Assembly (NCBI GenBank): GCA_943788915.1
Contig: CALSSD010000005.1
Location: 248,001-312,000 of the forward strand
Direction of reading: 5' to 3'
Length of the DNA stretch: 64,000 bases
DNA from: an uncultured Acidimicrobiales bacterium
GTDB taxonomy: Bacteria; Actinomycetota; Acidimicrobiia; Acidimicrobiales; UBA10347
Position 1 is the stretch's first letter. Each line of letters begins with the position of its first letter. Shown piece by piece: positions 11,023-22,797 of this stretch. Under the pieces are notes generated by a model. That model saw only the letters and a program-made list of their open reading frames with translations. It was not told the DNA's origin and ran no database searches. A program made the translations under genes and the position numbers.

Positions 11023-13467
11023 CTAGGTCAGCACGTCGCCGATGATCAGTTGTACGTACTCCTCTTCGGTGTGGCCGAGGATGTCACACACCACGTGCTG
11101 GTTGTGCTCACCAACGGCCGGCGCTCTCGTGAGCCGCAGGTCATGGCCGACCCATTGAGCGGTCTCGCGGTTGATTGGAATAGCGACATCGGGTCGCACC
11201 GGCTGCTGAAGCAGTTGGTAGTGGTGGCGTAGTTGCGGATCTCGTTCATAGGTCTCAGCCAGGTGCTCAACCGGCGCTGACGCGATTCCTGCTGCTTGAA
11301 GTTGGTCTGCGATGTCCCACTTGTCTTTGTTCCCGGTCCACGCTTCGATGATCTCGTCGAGAGCATCCTCGTTCTCCTTGCGCCGATCGTGGGTAACGAA
11401 ACGAGCGTCGTTGGCAAGTCCAGCGTCGCCGATGGCTTCGCAGAACCGAGCCCACTCATCATCACCCTGCACAGCAAGTGCGACCCATTCATCGTCGCTG
11501 TATTCCGATCCAGCTGCAGCGAACACACCATGCGGGCACAGGTTCGGATCGCGGTTTGCTCGACGTGGAGGTTGGACGCCGGTGGCCTTGTACTGCATCC
11601 ATTCCGCACCCAGCAACGACACCATGCCGGTCAGCTGGGTCAGATGGATCTCTTGACCGCCCCCGCTGGGATCTCGTTGACGCAGCGCAGCCAGAATCGT
11701 GGACACAAGAAGATGTGGGCCGGTGAAGTCGGGATAGGCAATACCGATCCCTCGCGGCCGCTCACCGTCGAAACCGGTCAACATGTTGAAGCCGGAAGCG
11801 GCCATCAAGATGTTGCCCATGCTTGGACGGACCGCCCATGGCCCTTGGCGGTGCGCCCCCGGCAAGTTCAGCGACACGATGTCGGGCTTCAGCGCAGTGA
11901 GCACATCGTGGCCGAAACCCATGCGTTCCATCGCTCCGGGACGAAAGTTGTTCACGACCACGTCGGCGGTGGCGATCAGTTCCTTAACCAGTTTCATCCC
12001 CTGTTCGGTGCTGAGGTCAACCGCGAGCGATTTCTTACCCGTATTCACCACATTGAACAGCCCGCCCATGTCTGGGTCTGGAAGGCCGTCGGGACCGATC
12101 TGGCTGCGCATCGAGTCGGGTCTTTTCGTGGACTCGACCCGGATGACTTCGGCTCCGAAGCTGGCGAGTAGTCGGGTACCAATCGGCGCTGCGAGCACCC
12201 AGCCGAAGTCGACGACACGAATACCTGCGAGCGCGCGTGCAGGATCCGGCGACGTTGCTGACGCCATCTTGCGCATTACCGGTGGCTCAGGAACCAAATC
12301 GACCAGTGTCTGATCCGCGCCGAGCAGCGGTGCTGCATTGAGCACTACAGGTTCGGCCATGCCGTCTACGGGCGAACGCACGAAGCCCAGGTCACGTTCG
12401 ATGCCTGGGTGTTCGACCGCCAGGAACTGTTCGTTGATCACGTACTGCTCGGTTTGTTCATGATCGTCGAAACTCAGCACCGGCAAACAGATCAGGTCGG
12501 CCTCGAGCGCTCCAGCAAAGAACTCGTCGCGGGTGAGCTTGGCAGCCAACGCCAGCGTGGTTGCCCCGACCGGATTGCCCTTTCGAGGCGCATCGAGCCG
12601 ACTCAACTCCCAGTCGTCCGCCGACATCCCGTGATCGATCTCTTCGCGATCGGCCCATGCGAGGAACTTCTCGAACCGGTCAGGGCGAATCATGTGACCG
12701 ACATACCCGCCGTCGGCACAACGCAACGCAGCGGACAGTCCTGGCCGCCGAGGGATTTGGTTGAACCACGTCCAGTTACTGGGTGTGGCGGTCTGCATCG
12801 CTGCTGTTGCCGCAGCTTCTTGCAGCGAAATGTCGATGTGAGCGCCGCTGCGCTCTACTGCCTTCGTGCCACTGCCTTCGCTGCCGCTCTTGCGTTGGTG
12901 GAGCGCGATCGAGATCGCCGAGGCCGCGATCAGCCCCGCCATGGCATAGGTGACATCGGCGCCGCCCTGGACCGGCTTGCCGCGAGGTTCCCCCGACAGC
13001 CAGATCAGACCGCCGGCTGCACCTGCGACGAGGTCGCTCGCCTTCCGGTCTCGCCACTCACCAAACATCCCGAACGGCGTGACCGAACACTGGATGAGCA
13101 ACGGATTCGCGCTTCGCAAGACCTCGTGGCTAAGACCCAGGCTGTCGAGGCACCCGGGCCGTTCGGTATCGATGACCACATCGGCGGTGCCAACCAACGA
13201 CAGGAACAACTCCTGTTGTGTCGCCAAATCAACCACGACGGAGCGTTTGTTGGCCGAGAAATACTGGTGCGCAAACGATGCCTCGACTTCGACAACCCCT
13301 TCGAGTCGCGGTTGCAGGTGACGAATCGAGTTGCCGCCGGGCGGTTCGACCATGATTACTTCGGCGCCCAGATCAGCAAGCACTCGCCCGGCGAGGGCCG
13401 CCGAACGGTCACTCAGATCAAGGACTCGGATACCCGAGAGTGCGGTGGTCATGCGGCGGGGGGTCAT
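11023..13467 (-). CDS. CoA transferase family III (CaiB/BaiF), two tandem domains
   Basis: Two LxGIRVxD...GAEVIxVE...KxSxxxDL modules. Confidence 0.92.
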   Translation of the reverse strand: MTPRRMTTALSGIRVLDLSDRSAALAGRVLADLGAEVIMVEPPGGNSIRHLQPRLEGVVEVEASFAHQYFSANKRSVVVDLATQQELFLSLVGTADVVIDTERPGCLDSLGLSHEVLRSANPLLIQCSVTPFGMFGEWRDRKASDLVAGAAGGLIWLSGEPRGKPVQGGADVTYAMAGLIAASAISIALHQRKSGSEGSGTKAVERSGAHIDISLQEAAATAAMQTATPSNWTWFNQIPRRPGLSAALRCADGGYVGHMIRPDRFEKFLAWADREEIDHGMSADDWELSRLDAPRKGNPVGATTLALAAKLTRDEFFAGALEADLICLPVLSFDDHEQTEQYVINEQFLAVEHPGIERDLGFVRSPVDGMAEPVVLNAAPLLGADQTLVDLVPEPPVMRKMASATSPDPARALAGIRVVDFGWVLAAPIGTRLLASFGAEVIRVESTKRPDSMRSQIGPDGLPDPDMGGLFNVVNTGKKSLAVDLSTEQGMKLVKELIATADVVVNNFRPGAMERMGFGHDVLTALKPDIVSLNLPGAHRQGPWAVRPSMGNILMAASGFNMLTGFDGERPRGIGIAYPDFTGPHLLVSTILAALRQRDPSGGGQEIHLTQLTGMVSLLGAEWMQYKATGVQPPRRANRDPNLCPHGVFAAAGSEYSDDEWVALAVQGDDEWARFCEAIGDAGLANDARFVTHDRRKENEDALDEIIEAWTGNKDKWDIADQLQAAGIASAPVEHLAETYERDPQLRHHYQLLQQPVRPDVAIPINRETAQWVGHDLRLTRAPAVGEHNQHVVCDILGHTEEEYVQLIIGDVLT

Positions 13468-14384
13468 GCCAGCGGGATGGTCAATATGCCGACCATGGCA
13501 GTGGGTCCGCCGGCCAGATCAACCTGCAGGTCTAGCACCAGCCGATCGGGTTCGGCCTGGGTCACGGTTGCCCTAGGCACGATGTACACGTCGTTCTCGG
13601 TCGGCGCCTTCCATCGCACATCGAAGTTCGCTCCATGCAGCAGCGCCTGCGAGCCGAACTCTGCCATGACTGCTTCGAGTGCGAACGCCAGCACGTGTGA
13701 GCCGCCCGCAATTGGTTTGGCGAGACCGGCCTTCTTGGCCTGCTCTGGATCAGAGTGGATGGGGTTATCAGGATTGTCGGTATCTCGGGCTGCCATCATC
13801 GCCAGCGACACCAGAACTGGTTCGCCGCCCACGACTTGTCCAACAGTCGCTGAACGAAGCGCCTCGGCGTGCGGATTCGATGCCGCTGCGTCCCAGTCCG
13901 GTTCAGGTGCTGGTGTGTCTGCGAGCGGGAGCCCGTACATCGAATCTTCGAGATCCGGATCAGGGCGGTAACTGAACAAGCCGGTCGTGAGGTTGGTGGC
14001 GAAGACGTCGCCAGAACTCGTCCGAGATAGCGATGCGGTCGTGGAGTACGACCGGCCCTTCCTGGCATAGGTCCCGGTGCTCTCACCATCGACGACCCAA
14101 GCATCGTCGTGTGCAACTGGCCGATGAATCGTGAAATGCTCACGCACCCATACCCGTCCGGCAACACCACTTGCCTTCTTCTCGCCGTCGGCCTGAGGTT
14201 TGCGGGGTTGCTTCGCCAGCAGTGCCAACGTCATGCCGGTGATCAGATCTGGTAGTAGAAGCCCTTGCTTGACTAACGCACGCGTCGCTCCGCCGTACAC
14301 ACCCATCCCCTCGGCGGCTCCATGAATCTTGGCGACCGGATACGGACCGACAACCTGTGCCAACGTGCGAGGAAACTCCGTCAT
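13464..14384 (-). CDS. MaoC-like (double hot-dog) dehydratase
   Basis: NPIHSDPEQAKKAGLAKPIAGG motif; ATGA overlap with the CoA transferase. Confidence 0.8.
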   Translation of the reverse strand: MTEFPRTLAQVVGPYPVAKIHGAAEGMGVYGGATRALVKQGLLLPDLITGMTLALLAKQPRKPQADGEKKASGVAGRVWVREHFTIHRPVAHDDAWVVDGESTGTYARKGRSYSTTASLSRTSSGDVFATNLTTGLFSYRPDPDLEDSMYGLPLADTPAPEPDWDAAASNPHAEALRSATVGQVVGGEPVLVSLAMMAARDTDNPDNPIHSDPEQAKKAGLAKPIAGGSHVLAFALEAVMAEFGSQALLHGANFDVRWKAPTENDVYIVPRATVTQAEPDRLVLDLQVDLAGGPTAMVGILTIPLA

Positions 14385-14402
14385 GACCTCAACATAGGAC
14401 AG

Positions 14403-16279
14403 CTAGATGACCACGTGGGTGCCGACGTCGACGCATCGTTCCGCTGGCAAGCCGAAATGCACGGTGGAGTCGCCCGCGTTGCGGCTGAGTAGCGCATAGA
14501 GCCGCTCCCGCCACCGCGCCATACCCCGACTCTTCGTTATCTCAATGCTTTCGCGGCTCAAGAAATACGTCGTGTGTTGAGGATCGAAATCCAAACCCTC
14601 GAAAAGGATCGCTTCTAGGTCGGTTGCCAGCGGGGTCGGGTCAGCGAATCCGTAGTGCATGTCGACGTTGAAGAAACCAAGTCCGAAGTCGGTGATCTGC
14701 ACTCGTTCTGCGGGGTGGACGTGAGGCTGGTCGGCGGTGATCACACACACGAACACAATGGTCTCGTGCAGGCTGACGTTGTGACGCAGGTTCGTGAGCA
14801 GCGCTGGCGACACCAATCCTGGTCGGCGATGGAGATACACCCCGGTGCCAGGATGCCGGTGGGGAGGGTGCTGGCTCAGGCTGTCTACGAAGGTTTCCAC
14901 CGTCAAACCTTCTCGTTCAACCCGATGGCTCACGAGTCGCCGACCCTTCCACCATGTGGTGAAGACCGTAAATCCAATAAGCCCGATGACCAGCGGGAAC
15001 CAGCCGCCGGCGGGGATCTTGAAGATGTTGGCCGCGGCGAATGCGAGGTCGATTACCAGCAACGGCGCAAGGATCACTGTGGTCTTCAGTGGTGACCAAC
15101 CCCAGCGATCTCGAGCAATCGAGGCGATGAGCACGGTGGTGATGACCATCGTGAAGGTCACGGCGACGCCGTATGCGGCCGCAAGTCGGGTCGATGAACC
15201 AAAGATGAATACCAGCCCCAAGCATGCAGCCAGCAGAAACCAGTTCACGGCAGGGACATAGACCTGACCGCGATGGTGCGGTGACGTCTGCACCGTGCGC
15301 ATACGCGGCAGATATCCCATGTTGACCGCCTGTACGGTCAGCGAGAACGCGCCGGTAATAAGCGCCTGCGAGGCAATGACCGCTGCCGCTGTGGCCAGGA
15401 TCGTGAGCGGCCACTGGGCCCACGTGGGGGCCAACAGGAAGAACGGATTCTCGATAGCCGTGGGGTCATTGATAAGCAGCGCCCCTTGACCCAGATAGTT
15501 CAAGACCAGTGCGGGAAGCGCGAACAGAAACCACCCGTATTGGATCGGCCTACGCCCGAAGTGGCCCATGTCTGCGTAGAGAGCTTCGCCTCCGGTGACC
15601 ACCAGAAATACCGAGCCGAGTACAAGGAAACCTCGGCCCCCGTTGTCGATGAAGAATCGGATCGCTCGGGTTGGGTCGAGCGCGCGAACGACGGATGGAT
15701 CCGAAGCGACTTCGATCGCTCCGAGCGTGGCGATCACGCTGAACCACACGAGCATCACTGGTCCGAACAGCCGGCCCACTCGCTCGGTGCCACGACGCTG
15801 AATCGAGAACAGGCAAATGAGGATGACCGCCACGATCGGGACCACCCACCGGTCGATCGACGGTGTGCTGACTTCGCAGTCCTTCGACTGCCGACAGCAC
15901 CGAGATCGCCGGCGTGATCATGCCGTCGCCGTACAGGAGCGCCGTGCCGAACAGCCCCAAGAGAACGAGTCGGCGCCGTGAGCGCTGCTTGCCGGTGACC
16001 AACGAAGCGAGTGCGAGGATGCCGCCTTCGCCATCGTTGTCGGCCCGCATCACGATCACCAGGTACTTGATCGTGATCACGATGATGAGTGACCAGAACA
16101 TCAACGAGAGCACGCCGAGCACGTTGGCTTCGTCGACAGCGAGATCGTGTTCGCCCGCAAGCGACTCTCGAAACGCATACAGCGGGCTCGTACCGATGTC
16201 GCCAAAGACAACACCAAGAGCCCCAACGGTAAGCGCCGCAGCCGGGTGCCCTGACCCCGTTATCGGTGTGCTCAGCCAT
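14403..16279 (-). CDS. kup: Potassium transporter Kup, two frameshifts (about 16255, 15878)
   Basis: [56 protein letters not shown]. Confidence 0.92.
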
Positions 16280-16382
16280 GGTCAGTCGCCAGCGACCAGT
16301 CGTGAAATGTCACCTTGATCCTTGTCGTGATTGTCGTCCAAGTTTGCCGGAAGAACCACAGCGTATGAGTAGGTTGCTGATC

Positions 16383-16957
16383 ATGAGTGATCACGCCATT
16401 TCCCGGTTTCCTGTACCTGCCCTGGAAGACCTGCCCGCAGACATTCGCGAGATGATCGAGATCCGTGCAAGGAGAAGTCTGGTTTCGTGCCCAACGTCTT
16501 CCTTGCCTTGGCCCATCGCCCCGATGAGTTCCGAGCGTTCTTCGCCGCCCATGACGCGCTGATGGACAAGTCAGACGGCCTGTCGAAGGCCGAGCGGGAA
16601 ATGATCGTTGTGGCCACCAGCGCGACCAACGGCTGCCTGTATTGCGTCGTTGCCCACGGTGCCATCTTGCGTATCCGGGCCAAGAACCCCCTGATTTCGG
16701 ATCAGCTCGCCATCAACCCGGCCAAGGCCGACCTGTCGGACCGAGAGCAGTACATCGTCGAGTTCGCCCTCAAGGTGGCCCATGATTCGGCAACCGTCTC
16801 CGACGCACATCTGGACGTCATGCGAGAGAACGGCTTCACCGACGACGAGATCTGGGACATCGGCGCGATCGCTGCGTTCTTCGCTATGTCGAACCGGCTG
16901 GCCAACCTGGCGTCGATCCGCCCCAACGACGAGTTCTTCTCGATGGCTCGGGGTTAG
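16383..16957 (+). CDS. Peroxidase-related AhpD/CMD family enzyme, frameshifted near 16460-16472
   Basis: ISRFPVP..EDLPADIR, KSGFVPNVF, EREMIVVATSATNGCLYCVVAHGA. Confidence 0.88.
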
Positions 16958-16967
16958 CGGACTGGGC

Positions 16968-17619
16968 TCAGCGGACCCGGCCGGTTTCGTAGGCCCATAT
17001 GGCTATCTCGACCCGGTTGCGCACGCCGAGCTTGGACATCAAGCTGGCCAGATGGGTTTTGACGGTGCTCAGGCTGATGTACAGCTCGTCGGCGATCTCG
17101 GCATTCGTGCGACCGCTGGCGACGGTCAGCAGCACTTCTTCTTCGCGGCCGGTCAGCGGTTCGATCGGCTGCTGCGGTTCGGCTGGGCTCGACGCAGCGA
17201 AGCTCGCCAACAACCGGGCGGTGATACTCGGAGCGATGAGAGCGTCGCCCTCTGGCGGCTGCGTGGATGGCTTGCGCCAGCAGTTCGGGACCGGCGTCCT
17301 TGAGAAGAAACCCGCGGGCTCCGGCACGTAGTGCTCCGTGCACATACTCGTCGAGGTCAAAGGTGGTGATCACGACAACCGCCATTGGCTCGGCCACGTC
17401 GGGGCCGGCCAATGCCCTGGTCGCCTCGATCCCGTTCAGCTGCGGCATACGGATGTCGAGCAGGCACACATCGGGCCTCAGCCGCAGCGCTTGCTCGACG
17501 GCATCGCGTCCGTTATCGACCTGCGACACGACTTCGATTCCGGGCTGAGCATCGAGGATCATCGACAACCCGGTTCGGACCAATTCCTGGTCGTCGGCGA
17601 CCAACACACGCAGGTTCAT
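16968..17619 (-). CDS. NarL/LuxR-family response regulator, frameshift near 17248
   Basis: VLVADDQELVR, LLDIRMP, GFLLKD; HTH LTGREEEVL...GRTNAEIA..LYISLSTVKTH. Confidence 0.9.
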
Positions 17620-18790
17620 GATTGGCCCCCAGTACGGGGAATGGTCGCGGCGACCTGCCATCCTCGATCAGGGCCCGGTCCGGCGGCGAAGCTGCCGCCC
17701 AGCAATTCGACCCGTTCCGCCATACCCAGCAGCCCGTAGCCCACTCCGTTCGACGGGGTCGTTATGCCATCATCGCGGACGGTCAACGAGATGGACGCCT
17801 CCCGAGCCCGGCTACGGCAACACTGATCTCGGTAGCACCGCTGGCATGGCGGACCGCGTTGGTGATGGACTCACGAGCGATGCGATAGAGCGCCGACTCG
17901 GTGGCAGATCCGACCGTGCCAACAGCCCCGTCGATCGAGACGGTGACGGGTACGGCCCCGGCTGTGTCTTCGGCTAGTCGCCGAAGATCCTGCAGGCCCT
18001 GCTGCGGAGCCAACTCGGCTTCGGCGCCGTCTCGTAATGTGCTCACCATCGATCGCATCTCGACGAGCGTGCGAGATGCCGCTTCTTCGATCACGGCGAG
18101 CACGCCGATAGCCCGCTCAGGGTCGGTGGCTGCCATCGCCCGGCCAGCCTGTGCCTGCACCGCTATGGCCGACACGTGGTGCGCCACCGTGTCGTGCAGC
18201 TCGCGAGCCAACTCGGCCCGCTCAAGCGACTTGGCATCGGAGATCGCTCGTTCCTTCGCACTCCGTTGGTAACGCACCACCAGGCCGATCTCGATCGGAA
18301 TGCTCAACACGATGAAGCCGCCGATCCAGTCGCTGAGGCTGGTCGTCGGGTCGGCCAGGTTCCCAAGGATGCCGGCGCCAATCGCGACGAGTAGCCCAAG
18401 GGCCCCGTCGCGCCCCGAGCCCCACCGAAACACGGTGTACAGCGTTATCAAGACAATTGCGGTGGTCCACAATCCGCCGAATTCGCCTTCGAGTCGGGCC
18501 ACCACCACGCCAAAAACGATCGTGATGGCGAAGCCGAAGACGGCCGCTTGCAGCGGGTGGCTGCGACGCATGAGCAGCGACGGGATCGTGCCAACGAAGA
18601 ATACGACGAGAGCTGCCCACCGCCAGCCCGGCGACACGGCGAGCCACTCGGCATCGTTACGCAGCAGCGTTTCGACGACGGCAGTAATCGACACCACACC
18701 GACCAACGCCCAGTCCCGCCAGACGCGGACCGGCGCGCCAGCAACCGCTGGTTCGGCCAAATAGGTCTGCAGAGCAGCGGGCAGTTTCAC
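17616..18790 (-). CDS. Membrane sensor histidine kinase (HisKA_3), frameshift near 17800
   Basis: ERAELARELHDTVAHHVS, ESITNAVRHA; corrected tail TVRDDG..GYGLLGMAERVELLGG; stop overlaps regulator ATG. Confidence 0.88.
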
Positions 18791-18826
18791 AAACGCATCG
18801 TAGGCAACGTGGAGGGGTCGGCGGAT

Positions 18827-18864
18827 CGGCCGAAAGTATGAGCTTGGAAGGGCCGAATCGCTGA
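18827..18864 (+). promoter_or_regulatory. Imperfect direct repeat (cggccgaaagtatga / gggccgaatcgctga), candidate response-regulator site
   Basis: Two copies starting 23 bp apart in the divergent kinase/MMPL intergenic region. Confidence 0.35.
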
Positions 18865-18952
18865 TCCATTACGAGAGCAGTTCTTTCACGATAGACCCTG
18901 GCGCTTATCGAAGCGCTCGGCCTACTGCGCCGCAGGGCTGAGAGGACCCGAC

Positions 18953-21151
18953 ATGACTGCTTTTCTGTATCGACTGGGGCGTGGAAGCGCCCAACACCCA
19001 TGGCGGGTTATTGGACTATGGGCGCTTGTTGCCGTCATCGTCGTCTCGTCTTCGGCAGGTTTCGGCCGCGACATGGAAGACTCATTTGACGTCCCCGGCG
19101 TTGACTCCCAGCTCGCAACCGAGCTGCTGACCCAGGCGCAATCTGAGCGCGCCGGCGTGACCGCCCGAGTCGTTGTTGCCCCGGAGACAACCGACATGAC
19201 CTTCGCCAACGTTGCAGAACGCAACGCACTCGACGGTGTTACCCAACGGCTGACCGAGTTACCGAACGTGCTCAACGTGGCCGAATCGTTGTCGCCAGAC
19301 GGTCAGATCGCGCTGCTCTCCGTGCAGTATCCGGTGCTTGAAGACATCGATGCAACCGACCTGGAACGGCTACACAGCGCGGTCGATGCCGCTCGCGACC
19401 AGTCTGGACTACAGGTCGAAGCTGGGGGTGAGCTGTTCTTCGCCTTCGAAGAACCGGCGAGCAGCGCAGCCGAACTCATCGGCATTGGCGCCGCGGTCAT
19501 CATCTTGCTGGTCGCCTTCGGTTCCCTGATAGCCATGGGCCTTCCGATCGGCATGGCGTTGTTCGGCCTGGCAATCGGCGTCAGCGCGATGCCTCTAATC
19601 AGTCACCTGATCATGATTCCGAGCTGGGCACCACAACTCGCCACCATGATCGGCTTGGGTGTCGGCATCGATTACGCACTGTTCCTGGTAACCCGGCATC
19701 GAGAGTTCCTGGCCACCGGGCTTTCGGTCACCGAGTCGGCCGGCCGTGCGGTAGCGACCTCAGGCCAAGCGGTGATCTTCGCCGGAGGCACCGTGGTGAT
19801 CGCAATACTGGGACTTGCTGTAGCCGGTGTCCCATTCATGACTGCTGCCGGAGTGGCCACATCGGTCATCGTGCTGATCATGGTTGTTGCCTCGATCACG
19901 ATCCTTCCCGCTCTGCTCGGCCTGAGCGGCCACTGGATCAACCGGTTGGGAATCCATCGTCGTGGCCACACCGCTTCAGAAGTTGGCCCCGGATGGCGCC
20001 GTTGGGGCAACCATGTGACCAGCCATGCATGGCCATACGCAATCGTGACGACGGTCGCTCTGCTGGCCATGACCGCGCCGGTATTCGGGTTGCAGCTCGG
20101 CTTCCCCGACGAAGGCACTCAGCCCGACACCACCACCCAACGCCGGGCCTATGACTTGGCAGCCGAAGGCTTCGGTGCAGGAATCAACGGCCCACTGGTG
20201 ATCGCTGTTGACACCGCTGGCGATACATCGATCGTCGTCGAGCTCGCTGCCGCCGTGGCCGCCGACCCTGGTGTTGCGGCGGTGACACCGCCGGAGACCA
20301 TCGGCAACGTCGCCACGATCATTGCTCTGCCGACGAGTGCTCCTCAAGACGATGCGACCTTCGCCACTGTCGAACGGCTGCGGGCCGAGGTCTTCCCCGG
20401 CGTGTTGGCTGACTCACCAGCCTCGGCCCATGTCGGCGGCCAGACCGCCAACTTCGGCGACGTGGCCAGCCGGGTCAGCGACCGACTGGCACTGTTCATC
20501 GCTGCAGTTGTGCTGCTGTCGTTCGTACTTCTGACGCTGGTGTTCCGATCGATTCTGGTGCCGCTGAAGGCCGCCATCTTGAACCTGCTCAGCATCGGCG
20601 CCGCCTACGGCGTACTGGTCATGGTGTTCCAGTGGGGCTGGGGTGCCGGCCTCATCGGACTGGAAACAACCGTGCCCATCGTGTCGTTCATCCCCATGTT
20701 CATGTTCGCCATCCTGTTCGGACTGTCGATGGACTACGAGGTCTTCCTGTTGTCACGAGTACGTGAAGAGTTCATCCGCACTGGCGACAACGACGAAGCT
20801 GTAATCACCGGCCTGGCCGGCACTGCCCGAGTCATCACATCGGCAGCACTCATCATGATCTGTGTCTTCGGCGGCTTCGTACTCAGCGATGACCCCACGC
20901 TGAAGATGTTCGGGCTCGGACTCGGCACCGCAATCCTGGTCGACGCCACGGTGGTGCGGTGCGTGCTCGTGCCTGCCAGCATGAAACTCATGGGCAACGC
21001 CAACTGGTGGTTGCCTGGCTGGCTCGACCGACTGCTCCCCCGAATCGACATCGACGGCGAACACGGCTTTGCACCGGTCCTCGAGATAAATGTCGATGAG
21101 TCTGCTGTTGACGAGTCGCCCATACGAGAGGCTGCACTTATCTCAGTGTGA
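18953..21151 (+). CDS. MMPL family transporter
   Basis: GLGVGIDYALF and FGLSMDYEVFLLSR; two-repeat RND-like architecture; GAGAGG RBS. Confidence 0.94.
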   Translation: MTAFLYRLGRGSAQHPWRVIGLWALVAVIVVSSSAGFGRDMEDSFDVPGVDSQLATELLTQAQSERAGVTARVVVAPETTDMTFANVAERNALDGVTQRLTELPNVLNVAESLSPDGQIALLSVQYPVLEDIDATDLERLHSAVDAARDQSGLQVEAGGELFFAFEEPASSAAELIGIGAAVIILLVAFGSLIAMGLPIGMALFGLAIGVSAMPLISHLIMIPSWAPQLATMIGLGVGIDYALFLVTRHREFLATGLSVTESAGRAVATSGQAVIFAGGTVVIAILGLAVAGVPFMTAAGVATSVIVLIMVVASITILPALLGLSGHWINRLGIHRRGHTASEVGPGWRRWGNHVTSHAWPYAIVTTVALLAMTAPVFGLQLGFPDEGTQPDTTTQRRAYDLAAEGFGAGINGPLVIAVDTAGDTSIVVELAAAVAADPGVAAVTPPETIGNVATIIALPTSAPQDDATFATVERLRAEVFPGVLADSPASAHVGGQTANFGDVASRVSDRLALFIAAVVLLSFVLLTLVFRSILVPLKAAILNLLSIGAAYGVLVMVFQWGWGAGLIGLETTVPIVSFIPMFMFAILFGLSMDYEVFLLSRVREEFIRTGDNDEAVITGLAGTARVITSAALIMICVFGGFVLSDDPTLKMFGLGLGTAILVDATVVRCVLVPASMKLMGNANWWLPGWLDRLLPRIDIDGEHGFAPVLEINVDESAVDESPIREAALISV

Positions 21152-21174
21152 GGTAGCCAAGTAGCGTTTGTGTC

Positions 21175-22792
21175 ATGACAGCAGCACGGCATGAAGTCGT
21201 AGTTATTGGCGCCGGCGTATCCGGCATCTATCAGATCAAGAAGCTCACCGACCTAGGCATCGACGCCATCGTGCTCGAAGGCGACGATGACCTGGGCGGT
21301 ACCTGGTATCGGAATCGGTATCCGGGGGCCCGCTTCGATTCTGAGAGTTACACCTACGGCTATTCGTTCTCCCAGGAGCTGCTCGACGAGTGGCACTGGA
21401 ACGAACGGTTCTCGGCCCAGCCCGAGAACCTGCGGTACCTGAACTTTGTGGCCGACAAGTTCGATCTCCGACAGCCACATGCACTTCAACGCCAGGGTCA
21501 CCACCATGACCTGGGACGATGTCGCACGCGAGTGGACGATCGAGCTGCAATCCGGCGAGACCTACATCGCCAAGTTCGTGATCACCAGCCTTGGGCCGCT
21601 GTCCATGCCGACGTTGCCTCGGTACGACGGCATGGACGAGTTCGCCGGCGAATCGTTCCACACCTATCACTGGCCCAGCCGAACCCCTCGACCTCTCCGA
21701 CAAACGAGTCGGTGTCATCGGCACCGGGTGCCACCGGCATTCAGGTCATCGCCGAACTCGCCGACAAGGTTGGCGAACTCAAGGTGTTCCAGCGCCGACC
21801 GAACTGGAGTTCACCGCTGAACAACGGGCCGATCTCCGCCGACGAGATGGCAGCGATCCGCGCTCGTTACCCGGAGATCTTCGCCAACTGCTCTGCGTCA
21901 CCCGGCGGCTTCGAACATGTGCCCGACCGCCGAGGCTTCTGGAACCTGACCGCCGAGGAACGCATCGAGACCTGGGACAAGCTCTATGCGGAACCCGGTT
22001 TCGCCATCTCGGCCGCAAACTTCCCGGAGATCTTCCTCGACGAGAAGGCCAACCAGGAGATGTCTGAGTACATCGCCAACCGCATCCGCGACCGGGTCGA
22101 CGATCCCGAGGTCGCCGAGAAGCTGATCCCGAAGGATCACGGGTTCGCCATGCAGCGACTGCCGCTTGAGACTCGGTACTTCGAGGCATACAACCGAGAC
22201 AACGTGCACCTGGTCTCGCTGGCCGACGCGCCGATCGAACGCATCACCGAAACCGGGATCCAGACCGCTAGCCGAGCATCATGACCTCGATGTCATCGTC
22301 TACGCCACTGGGTTCGATGCCATCACCGGCGGATACGACCGCATCGACATTCGCGGCGTTGGTGGCCAGACACTCGCCGACGCCTGGCGGGATGGTCCCA
22401 GCACCTATCTCGGTTCGCTGACCCACGGTTTCCCCAACATGTTGATGGTGGCTGGTCCGCAGAGCGTGTCGGGCTCCACCAACTTCCCCCGTGCAATCGA
22501 AACCGGCGTCGACTGGCTCACCGGCCTATTGGTGCACGCCCGCGACCACGGAATCAACCGGGTCGAAGCTCGTAGCGAAGCCCAAGAGCAGTGGGTAGAA
22601 GAAGTCGTGCGGGCCCACGAGAAGCTGCTGTTTCGCCGCAGCAAGGGCTGGTTCACTGGCTACAACTCGAACGTCGTTGGCCACCAGGAAGGCAAGATCC
22701 GTTACCAGGCCTACTTCGGCGGGGTGCCCAAATACATGAAACTCATTAACCAGGAAGCCGCCGACGGCTACCCCAGCATCGAACTCGTGTAG
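21175..22792 (+). CDS. Baeyer-Villiger monooxygenase (cyclohexanone monooxygenase family), about four frameshifts
   Basis: GAGVSG, GGTWYRNRYPGARFDSES, FAGESFHTYHWP fingerprint, GTGATGIQ, ATGFD; indels near 21475, 21680, 21727, 22272. Confidence 0.88.
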
Positions 22793-22797
22793 CTCCG

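Noticed and set aside
12409..13971. 520-aa + strand ORF
   Set aside because: Antisense shadow of the CoA transferase and MaoC genes; no motifs; expected in high-GC DNA.
14403..22792. Programmed ribosomal frameshifting in kup, AhpD, the regulator and BVMO
   Set aside because: No slippery heptamers or stimulatory structures seen; several indels per gene in families not known to recode; best explained as sequencing error.
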